Counted from the first letter of the stretch, positions 18,461 through 28,970 are shown. The stretch: 64,000 nucleotides of DNA from Methanomassiliicoccaceae archaeon (GCA_040776945.1 JAXGZN010000001.1:768001-832000), one strand, 5' to 3'. A program made the numbers and translations. Notes: a model not told the origin generated them from the sequence alone.

Positions 18461-19047
18461 ACCTGAGGACACCGCTCTCCGAAAGGACGGTCCGCTCTCT
18501 GCGTCTGGGCGAAGAGGTGGCGATCGACGGCAGGGTCCACATCGGCCGTGACGAGATGCACATCCGGGCCCTGGAGATGAGGGAGCAAGGAAAGGAGATG
18601 CCGTTCGACATGAACGGGGGGGCGCTCTACCATTGCGGCCCCATCGCCCGAAAGAGCGGCGGGGTCTGGGAGATCATCGCCGCTGGGCCGACCACCTCGG
18701 CGCGCATGAACTCGCTGGAGCCGCTGTTCATCCGGGAGTTCGGGGTGCGGGCCATCATAGGCAAGGGCGGCATGTCCGGACCTACGCTGGAGGCAATGCA
18801 GGAGTGCGGCTGCGTCTACCTCGCCTTTACCGGCGGCGCGGCGGTCCTGGCCGCCCGGAGCATCAAGAAGGTGGAGCGGGTGGAATGGCTGGACCTAGGG
18901 ATGCCGGAGGCGCTGTGGATCGTGGAGGCCAGGGGCCTGGGGCCGCTGGTGGTGGCCATGGACGCCCACGGGAACTCGCTGTATGATGAGGTCAGCGCCG
19001 GCGTGGAGGACAACCTGGCAAGGCTCAAGGGAAAGCTCGGCCGCTGA
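18457..19047 (+). CDS. Fe-S fumarate hydratase/tartrate dehydratase beta subunit
   Basis: ATGA overlap at 18457; GRDEMH, YHCGP, AGPTTSARM, IIGKGG, DLGMPEA, MDAHGNSLY. Confidence 0.93.
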   Translation: MNLRTPLSERTVRSLRLGEEVAIDGRVHIGRDEMHIRALEMREQGKEMPFDMNGGALYHCGPIARKSGGVWEIIAAGPTTSARMNSLEPLFIREFGVRAIIGKGGMSGPTLEAMQECGCVYLAFTGGAAVLAARSIKKVERVEWLDLGMPEALWIVEARGLGPLVVAMDAHGNSLYDEVSAGVEDNLARLKGKLGR

Positions 19048-20061
19048 TCACTCCTTGCTCGGCGCCGGCTCCTCCTCCCTCGCCAGCAGGTCGGGGTTGC
19101 GCTTGATGCGCTGCCTCAGGAACAGAGACGCCATGGTCACCAGCAGCGCAAGCCCGAGGCCGACAACCATCATGGAGTGCGACAGGTCATAGTCGAGCAC
19201 GAACCCCGAATTTCCAGGCAAGGTGTTCCGTTTCATCGAGAAGTCCTGCACAATGCTCTTCAGCGGCTCTATGGTCAGGCCTTTGTCTGTGGTGACGAAC
19301 CCGTCCTTGCTGAGGCGAACGGTATATTCCCCAGGGGGGACATGGGAGAAGGTGTAGTTGCCCTTGCTGTCGGTGACGGTCACCAGCTCCGCACCTTCCT
19401 CTGGGGTCAGTACCACCTTCACCCCCTCCATCGGATCCCCGTTATAGGTGACCCGGCCACTGAGCTTGGCGTACTGGGCGATGATCTCGTCCAAGGTGAA
19501 TGGGACCTCCAATACAGTGCCCTTGTTCAAAGATATCAGCACTGGGCTCGATATGTTGTATCCTTCCTTGGTAGCGTAGATCACATACGAGCCTGGGGTG
19601 ACGTTCTCAAAGCGGTACTCGCTCAAAGGCTTGACAGTGTACGCGTAAGAGGTCACGTTAGCGCCGGCCAAGGTCACGGTCGCACCAATGATGGGACGAT
19701 TGCCGTCAGTAACATACCCCTTGACGGTGCCTAGGATCTCGTACATGAAGAAGTCGAGATCGTTGCCGGATGTGGTGACGTTCTCGTAGGTGATATTGGC
19801 CATGTACCCCGTATAGTTGGCCATTATCGAGTAGTTGCCAGCTGCGATCGAGCGGCTGTACCATCCGTTGCTATCGGTCGTAACGTTGTAGGTCGCTTGG
19901 CTCCCAGTGTTGCGGATGACGATGGTCACTCCCGGGAACGGGTCGCCATCGACGTCGGTGACCGTGCCGGACACCACGATCGTGCTGTCGGCCCGCACGC
20001 TGCCTGCGGCCAACGAAACGCCGATCAACAGGAACGCGATCGCCAAGGCGGGCCATCTCAT
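19048..20061 (-). CDS. Membrane-anchored surface protein with three carboxypeptidase-regulatory-like (prealbumin-fold) domains
   Basis: Signal peptide ...VRA|DS; three repeats of GxVT..GxP..GxxV...TDSxGxY...GxY; C-terminal TM followed by a basic tail. Confidence 0.8.
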   Translation of the reverse strand: MRWPALAIAFLLIGVSLAAGSVRADSTIVVSGTVTDVDGDPFPGVTIVIRNTGSQATYNVTTDSNGWYSRSIAAGNYSIMANYTGYMANITYENVTTSGNDLDFFMYEILGTVKGYVTDGNRPIIGATVTLAGANVTSYAYTVKPLSEYRFENVTPGSYVIYATKEGYNISSPVLISLNKGTVLEVPFTLDEIIAQYAKLSGRVTYNGDPMEGVKVVLTPEEGAELVTVTDSKGNYTFSHVPPGEYTVRLSKDGFVTTDKGLTIEPLKSIVQDFSMKRNTLPGNSGFVLDYDLSHSMMVVGLGLALLVTMASLFLRQRIKRNPDLLAREEEPAPSKE

Positions 20062-20253
20062 GGAGGGAGCGAAAGGTCTCCTCGCTAATAATCGTTTTGA
20101 ACTGGATGCTCCAACCGGGAGGGCGCGCCACGCAAGCCATCTGGCCAGGGCGCGGCCGATAGATGCGCCCGGACCCTATTTTCGAACCTCTGCCCGAAAC
20201 CATATAATAGCGGTAGGGGGAATCGAGCGTGATTTCAAAGGGAGATCCACAGG

Positions 20254-23200
20254 ATGCACAAGGTATCAAGGCGATACAAGAAGGATGAGGTCATGGCCCT
20301 ACTGGACCCCCTCATCGCCAAGTGGTTCAGCGGGAAGTTCAAGGATTTCACCGAGCCCCAATCCTACGCCGTCCCCCTGATCCACGAGCGCCAGAGCGTG
20401 CTGGTGTCATCGCCCACCGGCTCAGGGAAGACCCTGACGGCGTTCACCTCGATCATCAACGAGCTGTTCAAGTACTCCAAGGAGGGGAGGCTGGAGGACC
20501 GCGTGTACGCGGTGTACATATCGCCCCTCAAGGCCCTGGCCAACGACATCAACCGCAATCTCGAGGAGCCGCTGCGCGAGATGAGGGAGGTCGCCGACCG
20601 CGAGGGGGAGGCGTTCCCTGAGATCCGCGTGGGAGTGCGCACCGGCGACACCTCGCAGGCCGAAAGGCAGAGGATGCTGAGAAAGCCGCCGCACATCCTG
20701 ATCACCACGCCCGAGTCCCTCGCGCTGGTTCTGGCGGCCCCCAAGTTCCGGGAGAAGCTGTCCCAGGTTGAGTATGTCATCCTGGACGAGATCCACGAGG
20801 TGTGCGACTCCAAGCGCGGAGTGCTGTTGTCCCTCACGCTGGAGCGGCTGCAGGAGATGTGCTCCAGACAGTTCGTGCGCGTCGGCCTGTCCGCCACCCT
20901 GGCGCCGATCCAGGACGTGGCGGAGTATCTGGTCGGATACGAGGGCGGGAAGGCCAGGGACGTCAACGTGGTGGAGATCATGCGGCAGCGGGACCTGGAC
21001 ATAAGGGTGGAGTGCCCCACCGAAGACATGACCGTTCTCCCCTACGAGATCGTGAACTCCAAGATGTACGACCAGCTCTTCGAGATGATCCAGGAGCACC
21101 GCACCACCATCGTGTTCACCAACACCCGGTCGGGCACGGAGCACGTGGTGTACAAGCTGAAGGAGCGGGGCCTGGAGGGCATCGAGGCCCACCACGGATC
21201 GCTGGCCAAGGACATCCGGCTGGACGTGGAGGAGCGGCTGAAGAAGGGCGAGCTGAAGTGCGTGGTGTCGTCCACCTCTCTGGAGCTCGGCATCGACATC
21301 GGCTTCGTAGACCTGGTGGTGCAGATCGGCTCCCCCAAGTCGGTGGCCAAGGGCCTGCAGCGAATAGGGCGCAGCGGGCACGGCCACGGGCTGACGTCCA
21401 AGGGCCGCATGCTGGTGTTCGAGAAGGACGACCTGGTGGAGTGCGCGGTGCTGTGCCGGGCGGCGCACAAGAAGCACATCGACCGGGTGTCCATATCCGA
21501 GGACTGCCTGGATGTGCTGTCGCAGAGCCTGGTGGGCATGTCCCTGGAGCAGCGTTGGGACGTCCAGCACGCCCTGGAGGTCGTCCGCCGCTCCTACTGC
21601 TTCCGCAACCTCAAGCAGGAGAAGTTCATAGAGGTGCTGAGGTACCTGGGCTCCAAGGACGCCTTCGAGGGCGTCTATCCCAAGCTGTGGTACGACGAGG
21701 AGGAGGGGCGCTTCGGCCGCCGGGCCGGCTCGCGGATGATCTATTTCCTCAACCTCGGGACGATACCGGAGGAGGCGAACTACAAGGTGTTCACCGAGAA
21801 GGGGGGGCTCATCGGCGACCTCACCGAGAAGTTCGTGGAGCGACTGTCGCCCCGGGACGTGTTCGTCCTCGGCGGGAAGTCGTACGAGTACGTGAGGACG
21901 AAGGGGATGAAGGCCTTCGTCCGGGAGGCCGCCGGCCGCAAGCCGACGGTGCCCACGTGGAGCGGCGAGATGCTTCCCCGCTCCTTCGACCTGTCGATGA
22001 ACATCGCCACCTTCCGCCGGGAGCTGATGGAGAGGCTCGACCAGAGGGACGACGACATCATCGCCTGGCTGTGCTCGTTCGGCATCGACCGCGGATCGGC
22101 CCGCTCCATCCTCTCGTACTTCCGGGAGCAGAAGGCGGCCTGCGACTTCATACCCAACGACCTCGAGCTGGCCATCGAGGGATACATCGACATGAGCGGG
22201 AACCACAACGTCATCTTCCACTTCCCGTTCGGGCGTCGGGTGAACGACGCCCTCTCGCGGGCGTACGCGTTCATGATGACCCAGCAGCTCGGCAGCAACG
22301 TCTCGGTGTCGGTGACCGACGACACCTTCATGGTATCGTCCCCGAAGCGCATCGAGATCAAGGGGCTGGAACGCATCCTGGGCTCGGCCCAGCTCGAGGA
22401 TGTGCTGATGCGGGCGGTCAAGGACTCGGAGCTGTTCAAGCAGCGGTTCCGCCACACCGCCTCCCGCAGCTTCATGATCCTCCGCAACTACAAGGGCCGT
22501 GAGGTGTCGGTCGGCCGGCAGCAGGTCCGCTCCACATACCTGCTCGAGGCGCTGGAGAACATGGAGGGGGTGCCGGTCATCGACGAGACGTACCGCGAGA
22601 TCATGGAGGACGTCATGGACATCAAGAACGCCCAGGCGGTCCTGAGGTCCATCGAGAGCGGCGATGTGAAGGTCCGGGCCATCGAGTACACCTCGACGCC
22701 CTCGCCGTTCGCGCACAACGCCATCCTTGCAGGCATATCGGACATGGTGCTGATGGAGGACCGCGGGGCGCTGCTGCGCGAGCTCCACCGCCGCGTCCTC
22801 TCCAAGGTCATGGGGTCCGACCTCTCGGAGTTCGAGTTCACCGAGGAGCAGGTGCTTCCGTACTTCAGGCAGCGCATCGGCTTCGTCAATTCCAAGGACG
22901 ATCTCCTGGCCCTCATCCGCCGGGCCGGGCCGATAAGGGTGCTGAAGGAGAAGGGGAGGAGCGTGTACCCTTACACCATTTCCTCCCGCGAGGCGGTGGA
23001 CGTGTGGTCGTCGGAACTCATCCAAGATGGCGCCATATCGTCTGTGTACATCGACGACGCGTACTTCGTCGCGTCCGAGGACCTCCCGGCATACTGCTCG
23101 GTATTGTCCCGAGAACGTTCCCTGGGCGAGCTGGAGCAGCGGGTGCTCGGCGAGATCGCCGAGGCAAGAACGCCCCAGGAGCTAGCGGGGGCCCTGGATG

Positions 23201-25635
23201 CGCCGGGCGACAAGGTCCACCAGGCGCTGAGGAAATTGGAGGCCACCGGTTCGGTGGGCCGGGTGGGCCGACGCGACGGCAAATGGCTGTACCGCGTCCG
23301 GGAGGTGCCGGCCATGCCTAGGCAGGACGCCATGGACGAGGTGCTGGTCAGATATCTGGAATGCTACGCCCCGGCCACTGCGGAGGAGGCCGCCTTCGTC
23401 TTCGGCCTGGACGCCGATGAGGTCCGCCGGACGCTGGACGATCTGGCCCAGGAAGGCCTGGTGACCAGAGGACGCTACCTGATATCGGAGCACGAGCAGT
23501 ACATGCTCAAGCGTGACTACCTGCGCCTGAAGACCAACGACCTCAACGCCTACGACCACCGGACGGTCGAGGCGTACCGCCGCTCCAAGCTCGACCGGAC
23601 GTTCGTCTCGGTGGATGAGCTGTTCGAGAACTTCGGGGACATCGGCATGCCCCTGGACGCCTTCTACAGGGTCGAAGGTTTCAAGCTATCGGATTGGGAG
23701 GAGATGCGCCGGGACGGCAGGCTGCTCCTGGGCCGGTTCGTCAGGGGCCGTGTCCGATATGTCCGGGCCAAGGACGCCCCGGCCTACGTGGCGGCGTACC
23801 GCAACGGCCCCCTGCGCCCGCTGGACCATGCCGTCCTGGACGTGGTCCGGTCCAGCGGCGACGGCATGTCCATGAGACAGGTCGTTGCTGCCATGCCGGG
23901 CCGCACCAGGGACGAGGTCAAGGAGAGCATCGACCGCCTGGACCGCAGCATGATGGTGGTCCGACGCTTCGAGGAGCGCGAGGAGTGGTCATCGGAGAAC
24001 TACTACCTAGCATATGACGCGCCCGAACATCAGGGGGATGCAAGGAGGGAGATAGTGGAGCGCCTGGTCCGTGCCTATGGACCGGTATCCATCTACAACA
24101 TCACCAGCGCCACCCAGTTCCCCATCGCCCAGGTCGCCGGGATGTTGGAGGACATGGACGTGGAGACGATCACGGTGGGCGAGTCAAGGGAGGAGATGTA
24201 CATCTTCCGGGACGAGCTGGAAGCGCTGAACGGCGCGCCGCGGACCGAGCAGGGCTTGCGCATCGTTTCCCTTCACGACCCTGGCGTGCAGTCGATGTGG
24301 GCGGCCATCGCGGCCCGCTACGGCGACAGGTGGATATTCCCCATAGTGGCCGGCGGCCGCCTGGTGGGCGGAGCGGAGAAGTGGAACATGAGCGGATGCA
24401 TCGAGGTCCGCGAGCTGGACCTTGAGGACCCTGCACTGCTCCCGCAGGCGCTGGATGCGCTGGACCGGTTCATGGACCACTATGCGATGATGGGCTATGA
24501 CATCGTGCGGCTTCGCGAGGTGCTTGGCTCGACGCCGGGGGACCTTCCGGAGGAGCAGGCCGCAGTGCTCGAGGCCAAAGGGTACACGCGCATGGGCGAC
24601 ATGCTCGTCAAGGGCAACATGGTGCTGGACCACCATCCCTGGGAGGACGTGATGTCGTACGTGCTGTGGAAGCAGCGCATCGATCCGAAGAGGCGGTTCC
24701 CCAACGTCGTGGAGGCGGTCAAGACCACCGGGGGGCTGCGTTCCGACGCGGCCGCGGCCCTGAGGTGCAAGAACCGCATCCCCCTGAAGAAGATGTACGA
24801 GATGGGATTCCTGATCAAGGCCCAGCCGATACCGGACTATGTGACCTATTGCAGCCTGGAGCATGCCTCGCTGTGTCGGCGGGCCAAGGACCGTCACGTC
24901 ACCGAGGACATGCGGTCGGTGCTGAGGGCGATCGAGGACGGCCGCCCCGTGTCCCGCAACCAGCTGCTTGACCGTTCGGTCCTGGGGCGGAAGGCGACGC
25001 AGGAGGCGCTCAAGGACCTGATGGAGGCGACGATCGTGTACACGGACCAGAACAAGCGCCTTCGCCTGGTGCCGGAGATCGAGATGTCCCCCCGCGAAGC
25101 CAGGCTTGAGATCGTCCGCCACTGCTTCCGCAATTTCGGAACGTTCACCGCGGAGAACCTCTCCCGGTACATGCGCGGGGAGATGCCGATGAAGGAGCTC
25201 AGGAGCACGCTGGCCGAACTGGAGCGGGAAGGGTTCCTGGCCAAGGGCTTCCTGGTGGACGGGGACGAGAGCGTGCACTGGGTGCTCCGGGAGGACCTCG
25301 AGCGCATCGGGAAGGTCCGCTCGTCGGAACAGTTCGTCCTGGGTACGGAGGACGCGTTGCACAACTATCTGGCGGAATGGATCCGGCAACGCCTGGGCGG
25401 AAGCTACTTCTCGCTGATCATGGACGGCCCCCGAACGATAGGCTCCTTCCGAGGGCGGGTCAAGGCATCGGACATCGTGCTGCACGACCTCATCGGCGGG
25501 CCGGAGGCCCGCGCGATCGTCAACAGGCACGTGCGCGCACTCGGCCTGACCATTAGGGTGGATGACGACGCCGACACGATCCCGGACTGGGAGATACAGG
25601 ACTTCTACGAGAAGACCCACCCCGGGGAGGTCTGA
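20254..25635 (+). CDS. lhr: Lhr-family SF2 helicase, long form (1793 aa) with an extended C-terminal region
   Basis: SPTGSGKT, ISPLKAL, RTGDT, ITTPESL, DEIH, GLSAT, HHGSL, SLELGIDIG, QRIGRSGH, TIPEE, VPTWSGE, PSPFA. Confidence 0.92.
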   Translation: MHKVSRRYKKDEVMALLDPLIAKWFSGKFKDFTEPQSYAVPLIHERQSVLVSSPTGSGKTLTAFTSIINELFKYSKEGRLEDRVYAVYISPLKALANDINRNLEEPLREMREVADREGEAFPEIRVGVRTGDTSQAERQRMLRKPPHILITTPESLALVLAAPKFREKLSQVEYVILDEIHEVCDSKRGVLLSLTLERLQEMCSRQFVRVGLSATLAPIQDVAEYLVGYEGGKARDVNVVEIMRQRDLDIRVECPTEDMTVLPYEIVNSKMYDQLFEMIQEHRTTIVFTNTRSGTEHVVYKLKERGLEGIEAHHGSLAKDIRLDVEERLKKGELKCVVSSTSLELGIDIGFVDLVVQIGSPKSVAKGLQRIGRSGHGHGLTSKGRMLVFEKDDLVECAVLCRAAHKKHIDRVSISEDCLDVLSQSLVGMSLEQRWDVQHALEVVRRSYCFRNLKQEKFIEVLRYLGSKDAFEGVYPKLWYDEEEGRFGRRAGSRMIYFLNLGTIPEEANYKVFTEKGGLIGDLTEKFVERLSPRDVFVLGGKSYEYVRTKGMKAFVREAAGRKPTVPTWSGEMLPRSFDLSMNIATFRRELMERLDQRDDDIIAWLCSFGIDRGSARSILSYFREQKAACDFIPNDLELAIEGYIDMSGNHNVIFHFPFGRRVNDALSRAYAFMMTQQLGSNVSVSVTDDTFMVSSPKRIEIKGLERILGSAQLEDVLMRAVKDSELFKQRFRHTASRSFMILRNYKGREVSVGRQQVRSTYLLEALENMEGVPVIDETYREIMEDVMDIKNAQAVLRSIESGDVKVRAIEYTSTPSPFAHNAILAGISDMVLMEDRGALLRELHRRVLSKVMGSDLSEFEFTEEQVLPYFRQRIGFVNSKDDLLALIRRAGPIRVLKEKGRSVYPYTISSREAVDVWSSELIQDGAISSVYIDDAYFVASEDLPAYCSVLSRERSLGELEQRVLGEIAEARTPQELAGALDAPGDKVHQALRKLEATGSVGRVGRRDGKWLYRVREVPAMPRQDAMDEVLVRYLECYAPATAEEAAFVFGLDADEVRRTLDDLAQEGLVTRGRYLISEHEQYMLKRDYLRLKTNDLNAYDHRTVEAYRRSKLDRTFVSVDELFENFGDIGMPLDAFYRVEGFKLSDWEEMRRDGRLLLGRFVRGRVRYVRAKDAPAYVAAYRNGPLRPLDHAVLDVVRSSGDGMSMRQVVAAMPGRTRDEVKESIDRLDRSMMVVRRFEEREEWSSENYYLAYDAPEHQGDARREIVERLVRAYGPVSIYNITSATQFPIAQVAGMLEDMDVETITVGESREEMYIFRDELEALNGAPRTEQGLRIVSLHDPGVQSMWAAIAARYGDRWIFPIVAGGRLVGGAEKWNMSGCIEVRELDLEDPALLPQALDALDRFMDHYAMMGYDIVRLREVLGSTPGDLPEEQAAVLEAKGYTRMGDMLVKGNMVLDHHPWEDVMSYVLWKQRIDPKRRFPNVVEAVKTTGGLRSDAAAALRCKNRIPLKKMYEMGFLIKAQPIPDYVTYCSLEHASLCRRAKDRHVTEDMRSVLRAIEDGRPVSRNQLLDRSVLGRKATQEALKDLMEATIVYTDQNKRLRLVPEIEMSPREARLEIVRHCFRNFGTFTAENLSRYMRGEMPMKELRSTLAELEREGFLAKGFLVDGDESVHWVLREDLERIGKVRSSEQFVLGTEDALHNYLAEWIRQRLGGSYFSLIMDGPRTIGSFRGRVKASDIVLHDLIGGPEARAIVNRHVRALGLTIRVDDDADTIPDWEIQDFYEKTHPGEV

Positions 25636-25667
25636 TGATCGGAGAAGTTTCGGCAAGCTTATTTTCG

Positions 25668-26890
25668 GTGAACTGCCCCGTTAGGACAGGACCTCTCGCT
25701 TCATCCATTGGACGTGCACCTCTTTGCCAAGGGGCATAGCGGTCCGGCGTCCACAAGCGGGTTCAAGGTAGTTCCTGCCCCGCCCTCTTCGATCCTCGTT
25801 GAAGGATATCGATCGAAGTTTATGATCACGTGACCTTGACAGCCCGCACCGCGGGCAGTCGTGCCATCTGTCGTTTAGCGTTTTAAGAACGCACTCACCG
25901 CAGCGCGAACATTCCTGTCTCGTTCCTCTGGCGTCCACTTGAACGAACAGCTTACCAGCCCTTTCAGCCTTGCAAGCCAGTTCATGGTCGAACGAGTTCC
26001 ATGCGGCATCACCAATGCCTCGTGCCTGGTGACCGTTCTCTATCATATCCCTGATGTCAAGCTTCTCGGTGACGATGAGGTCGCAGCTGTCGACGTAACG
26101 GTGAGATAGCTTATGCTGGAAGTTATCTCTCCGATCGCATACTCGTTCGTGCGTTCTGGCGACGGCAATCCGTTGCCAGTTCCAGTTCTGGGAACCTTTC
26201 TGTTTTCTGGAGAGGCGGCGCTGTTCTTTACGCAACTTCTTGAGCGCCTTCTTAAGATTTCACCGGTTCTCAACCTAGATGCCGTCGCTGTCGACCGGGC
26301 AATGCTCGAGGCCAACGTCGATGCCCATGGTTTTTTCAATAACCATCGACTCTCTCAGGCCTCGACCATCGTCGATAAACAGAAAAGCGAACCACTTGCC
26401 TGAGGGCATTTGCTCGATAATGACGCCCTTGACGTCTCCCCCGGCGGCTGTACGCATCCGCATAGGGATGCCGCCTATCTTCGAAAGAGGAAGTGAGCAG
26501 AACCTGTCGTTCTTCGGTTCGAGCCATTTGTCCGTCCGATCGCATGTGAGGGTCTTGAAGCGGGTCTCGCTATTGAAGCGCAGCTTGCCGATCTTGCGGC
26601 CGCGTTCCTTCAGCTCTCGAAGCGCCGTCAGGTTCGAGAATGGACGATGCAGCTCGTACTGGAGCACCTTCGAGTGCACTCCTCGGAGATCGTCGCCCGC
26701 ACTCTTCCACACCGGCGGCAGAGCCTGCAGCTTGAACCGGTCGTGCTCGCCTTCGTTGGACAATTCAAGGAAGCGGTTGTAGACGCGCCTGCACACCTCC
26801 TTGGTCCGAAGAAGCTTCAGCTCTTCCTCCTTGTTCGGATAGAGGCGGAACCTGCAGGCGAGCATCGAGGATCTGGAGAGATCCCATTTT
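25668..26890 (-). mobile_element. IS200/IS605-family, IS1341-type element (tnpB only, no tnpA)
   Basis: Lower-GC insert; minus-strand end ...GAAGCGAGAGGTCCTGTCCTAACGGGGCAGTTCAC at 25668 resembles IS1341-type right ends; left boundary approximate. Confidence 0.75.
25681..26865 (-). pseudogene. tnpB: TnpB RNA-guided nuclease pseudogene
   Basis: ATG 26865 MLACRFRLYP (HTH), MGIDVGL (RuvC-I), IVTEKL (RuvC-II), CSRCG/CPRCG, SRDH. The two ORF-track pieces share a frame but are separated by TAG (26275-77) and TGA (26260-62). Confidence 0.88.
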
Positions 26891-27008
26891 AAAACGCCTT
26901 GAGAGGGGTAGGTGGCCGAAAGCGCGTCCGTGCTTCTTTCGTCAACCGTTCGCGCTGGACGCCCTCTCGCTCGCACCTATTAAATATCGTTTAACCGTTT
27001 TCCAGTCG

Positions 27009-27389
27009 ATGAAGATCCCCTGTGAGCTCATCGTGTGGTATGTGCTCCCGTCGATCAGGCGGGAGCTCGCCAGGGAGCTCGTGGAGAAGCACAAGCTCAC
27101 CCAGGCCGAGGTCGCCCGCCGCTTCGGGGTCACCGACGCGGCGATATCCCAGTACCTGAAGTCCAAGCGGGGCACCAACAAGGAGCTGGAGAACAGCGGC
27201 CGGTATGAGGAGTTCAAGGCCGAGGTGGGAAGGGCCGCGCAGCGCATAATTGACGGCTCGGACATCGTCACCGAGACCTGCCGGGTGTGCGATATGGTAA
27301 AGCGCAGTGGCATGTTGGTCAAGGTCTACGAGACACACACCGGGGTCAAGGCGCCGGCGTGCGTGTGCCCGGACTGCACGCACTTCTAG
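27009..27389 (+). CDS. XRE-like HTH transcriptional regulator with a Cys-rich C-terminus
   Basis: PCE...VLPSIRRELARELV...LTQAEVARRFGVTDAAISQYL; CRVC and CVCPDC. Confidence 0.85.
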   Translation: MKIPCELIVWYVLPSIRRELARELVEKHKLTQAEVARRFGVTDAAISQYLKSKRGTNKELENSGRYEEFKAEVGRAAQRIIDGSDIVTETCRVCDMVKRSGMLVKVYETHTGVKAPACVCPDCTHF

Positions 27390-28188
27390 GGACCTTCCTC
27401 GCCCGGTCCTCGGAAATGTAGAGGTACTCCTGAGCGTAGCCTGCGTACCGTCCGAAGTGCCGGCGGGCATGCTCGCTCACCTTCCTGTAACTACCTTCGA
27501 CGCCGTAGCGTTCCCGCATGGCCCTGGCGATGCGCACGTCCACCGGGCATGCCTGCAGGTGGTCCAGGGAGAACAGGGCGATGCAGTCGGCGACCTTGTC
27601 CCCGATGCCGCGCACCGTCTTCAGGTACCTTACGGCGCTCTCGTAATCTAGCGCCCTAAGCCTCTCCAGGTCGAACTCCCCGTCCCGGACCGACCGAGCG
27701 TAGCATCGAAGCCAGTCGGCGCGGTATCCCAGGCGGCAGGAGGCGATGTCCCCGCCCTCCGCCAGCTCCTCAGGGGTGGGGAAGGCGTGACGCCCGTTCC
27801 TCAGCCGCGCCCCGTGGGTGCGGCAGACCGACTCGATCATCATCTTGATCCTGGGGACATTGGCGTACGATGCCAGGAGGTATGACGCGGAGCACTCCCA
27901 GACATCCTGGCGGATAAGGCGCATCCCGCGGAAGCGGTCGATGACCGAGGCTATGCACTCGTCCCGGGAGACCTCATCGTATATCGTCTCCAGGTCATCG
28001 TCCAGGCGAAAGTACTGTCGGAGGAAGCCCTCATCCGCGTCCCCCCTGGTGATGAGCTCGTCGCCTTCTTGGCGCAGGCGGATGGAGCGGTCGCCGACCA
28101 CACCCTCCCACCAACCCGACCTCAAGGTCCATCGGAACACCTGGCCGCTGTCCAGGGTGTATCCCAGGTGGAACAGCGGGACCTTCAT
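27346..28188 (-). CDS. ogg: 8-oxoguanine DNA glycosylase, OGG1-like (N-terminal domain plus HhH-GPD)
   Basis: TLDSGQVFRW, GMRLIRQDVWEC, LGYRA, RGIGDKVADCIALFSL...PVDV, YAGYAQEYLY. Confidence 0.88.
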   Translation of the reverse strand: MKVPLFHLGYTLDSGQVFRWTLRSGWWEGVVGDRSIRLRQEGDELITRGDADEGFLRQYFRLDDDLETIYDEVSRDECIASVIDRFRGMRLIRQDVWECSASYLLASYANVPRIKMMIESVCRTHGARLRNGRHAFPTPEELAEGGDIASCRLGYRADWLRCYARSVRDGEFDLERLRALDYESAVRYLKTVRGIGDKVADCIALFSLDHLQACPVDVRIARAMRERYGVEGSYRKVSEHARRHFGRYAGYAQEYLYISEDRARKVPRSACSPGTRTPAP

Positions 28189-28970
28189 TGCTTCTTCCGG
28201 GCCACGAACACCATCAGCTCGCTGTTGGCCTTGAACGGCCCGCCGTGATAATCGCCGTACATCTCGATGGTCTCGAAACCACAGCGGTCAAGCAGCTCCA
28301 GAGCCTCGCGGTGGAAAAGGTACCGCAGGGTGAAAACCGAGGTCACCCGGCGCAAGGGCTTGTCCTGCCTTGAGATGTCGTAGAAGTACGTGACCGTGGT
28401 CCTCTGGTTTGGCTGATCGAAGGTCTGGGCCTCGAACCAGGAGATCACCTCGCCCTGCGGGGTGAGCTTCGTCCCGCGGTGCCGCAGGAGCTGCTCCGGC
28501 CGGTCCAAACGGGGCGAGAACACCACGAAGGAGAAGAGGCCGTCATCGTCCAAATGGTCCCTTATCCGCCTCAGGGCCGCCTCCTGGTCCTTGGTGTCCA
28601 GCAGGTGGAGGAACGAGGCATAGGGGACGAACACTAGCTTGAACTTGCGGCCTAGGTCCATCTCCCTGATGTCCGCTTGCACTATGGCCACCCTTGCCTC
28701 CTCTTGGGGGCTGAGGAACGATACCTTGGTGGCGCATACGTCCAGCATCGCCGGGCTGCGGTCGACGCCGGTCACCTCGTAGCCGGCCTCGGCGAAGGGG
28801 ATGAGCACCCGCCCGGTCCCGCTCATGCAGTCCAGGACCGGACCTCCGGTCCTTTCGGCGAGGTCAAGGAAGAACCGGATGTCGTCCTTGTATTCCTCAT
28901 GCCAGATGTCGTAATACCTGGCCGAGCCTTCGTACAGGTCCAGATTCTCCGTCTCAGCGCTTATATCCAA
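28185..28970 (-). CDS. Class I SAM-dependent methyltransferase
   Basis: GGPVLDCMSGTGRV, TGVDRSPAML, QADIREM; probable TTG start at 28970 overlapping the upstream gene end. Confidence 0.85.
   Translation of the reverse strand: MDISAETENLDLYEGSARYYDIWHEEYKDDIRFFLDLAERTGGPVLDCMSGTGRVLIPFAEAGYEVTGVDRSPAMLDVCATKVSFLSPQEEARVAIVQADIREMDLGRKFKLVFVPYASFLHLLDTKDQEAALRRIRDHLDDDGLFSFVVFSPRLDRPEQLLRHRGTKLTPQGEVISWFEAQTFDQPNQRTTVTYFYDISRQDKPLRRVTSVFTLRYLFHREALELLDRCGFETIEMYGDYHGGPFKANSELMVFVARKKQ

Noticed and set aside
20422-23025. Long antisense and alternate-frame ORFs (e.g. 867 aa opposite lhr; 1-309 and 294-761 opposite hps; many others)
   Set aside because: Shadow ORFs caused by high GC3 of the real genes; no recognisable motifs.
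26260-26277. In-frame TAG in tnpB (and at 3777-3779 in the IS1634-like relic) as possible pyrrolysine read-through
   Set aside because: tnpB has a TGA five codons later and the other element has frameshifts and a lost catalytic Asp; many intact genes here end in TAG. Simple decay explains both.
25681-26865. tnpB as a domesticated nuclease-dead repressor or Cas12-like effector
   Set aside because: Catalytic residues are retained, the ORF is broken by stops, and there is no CRISPR array in the window.
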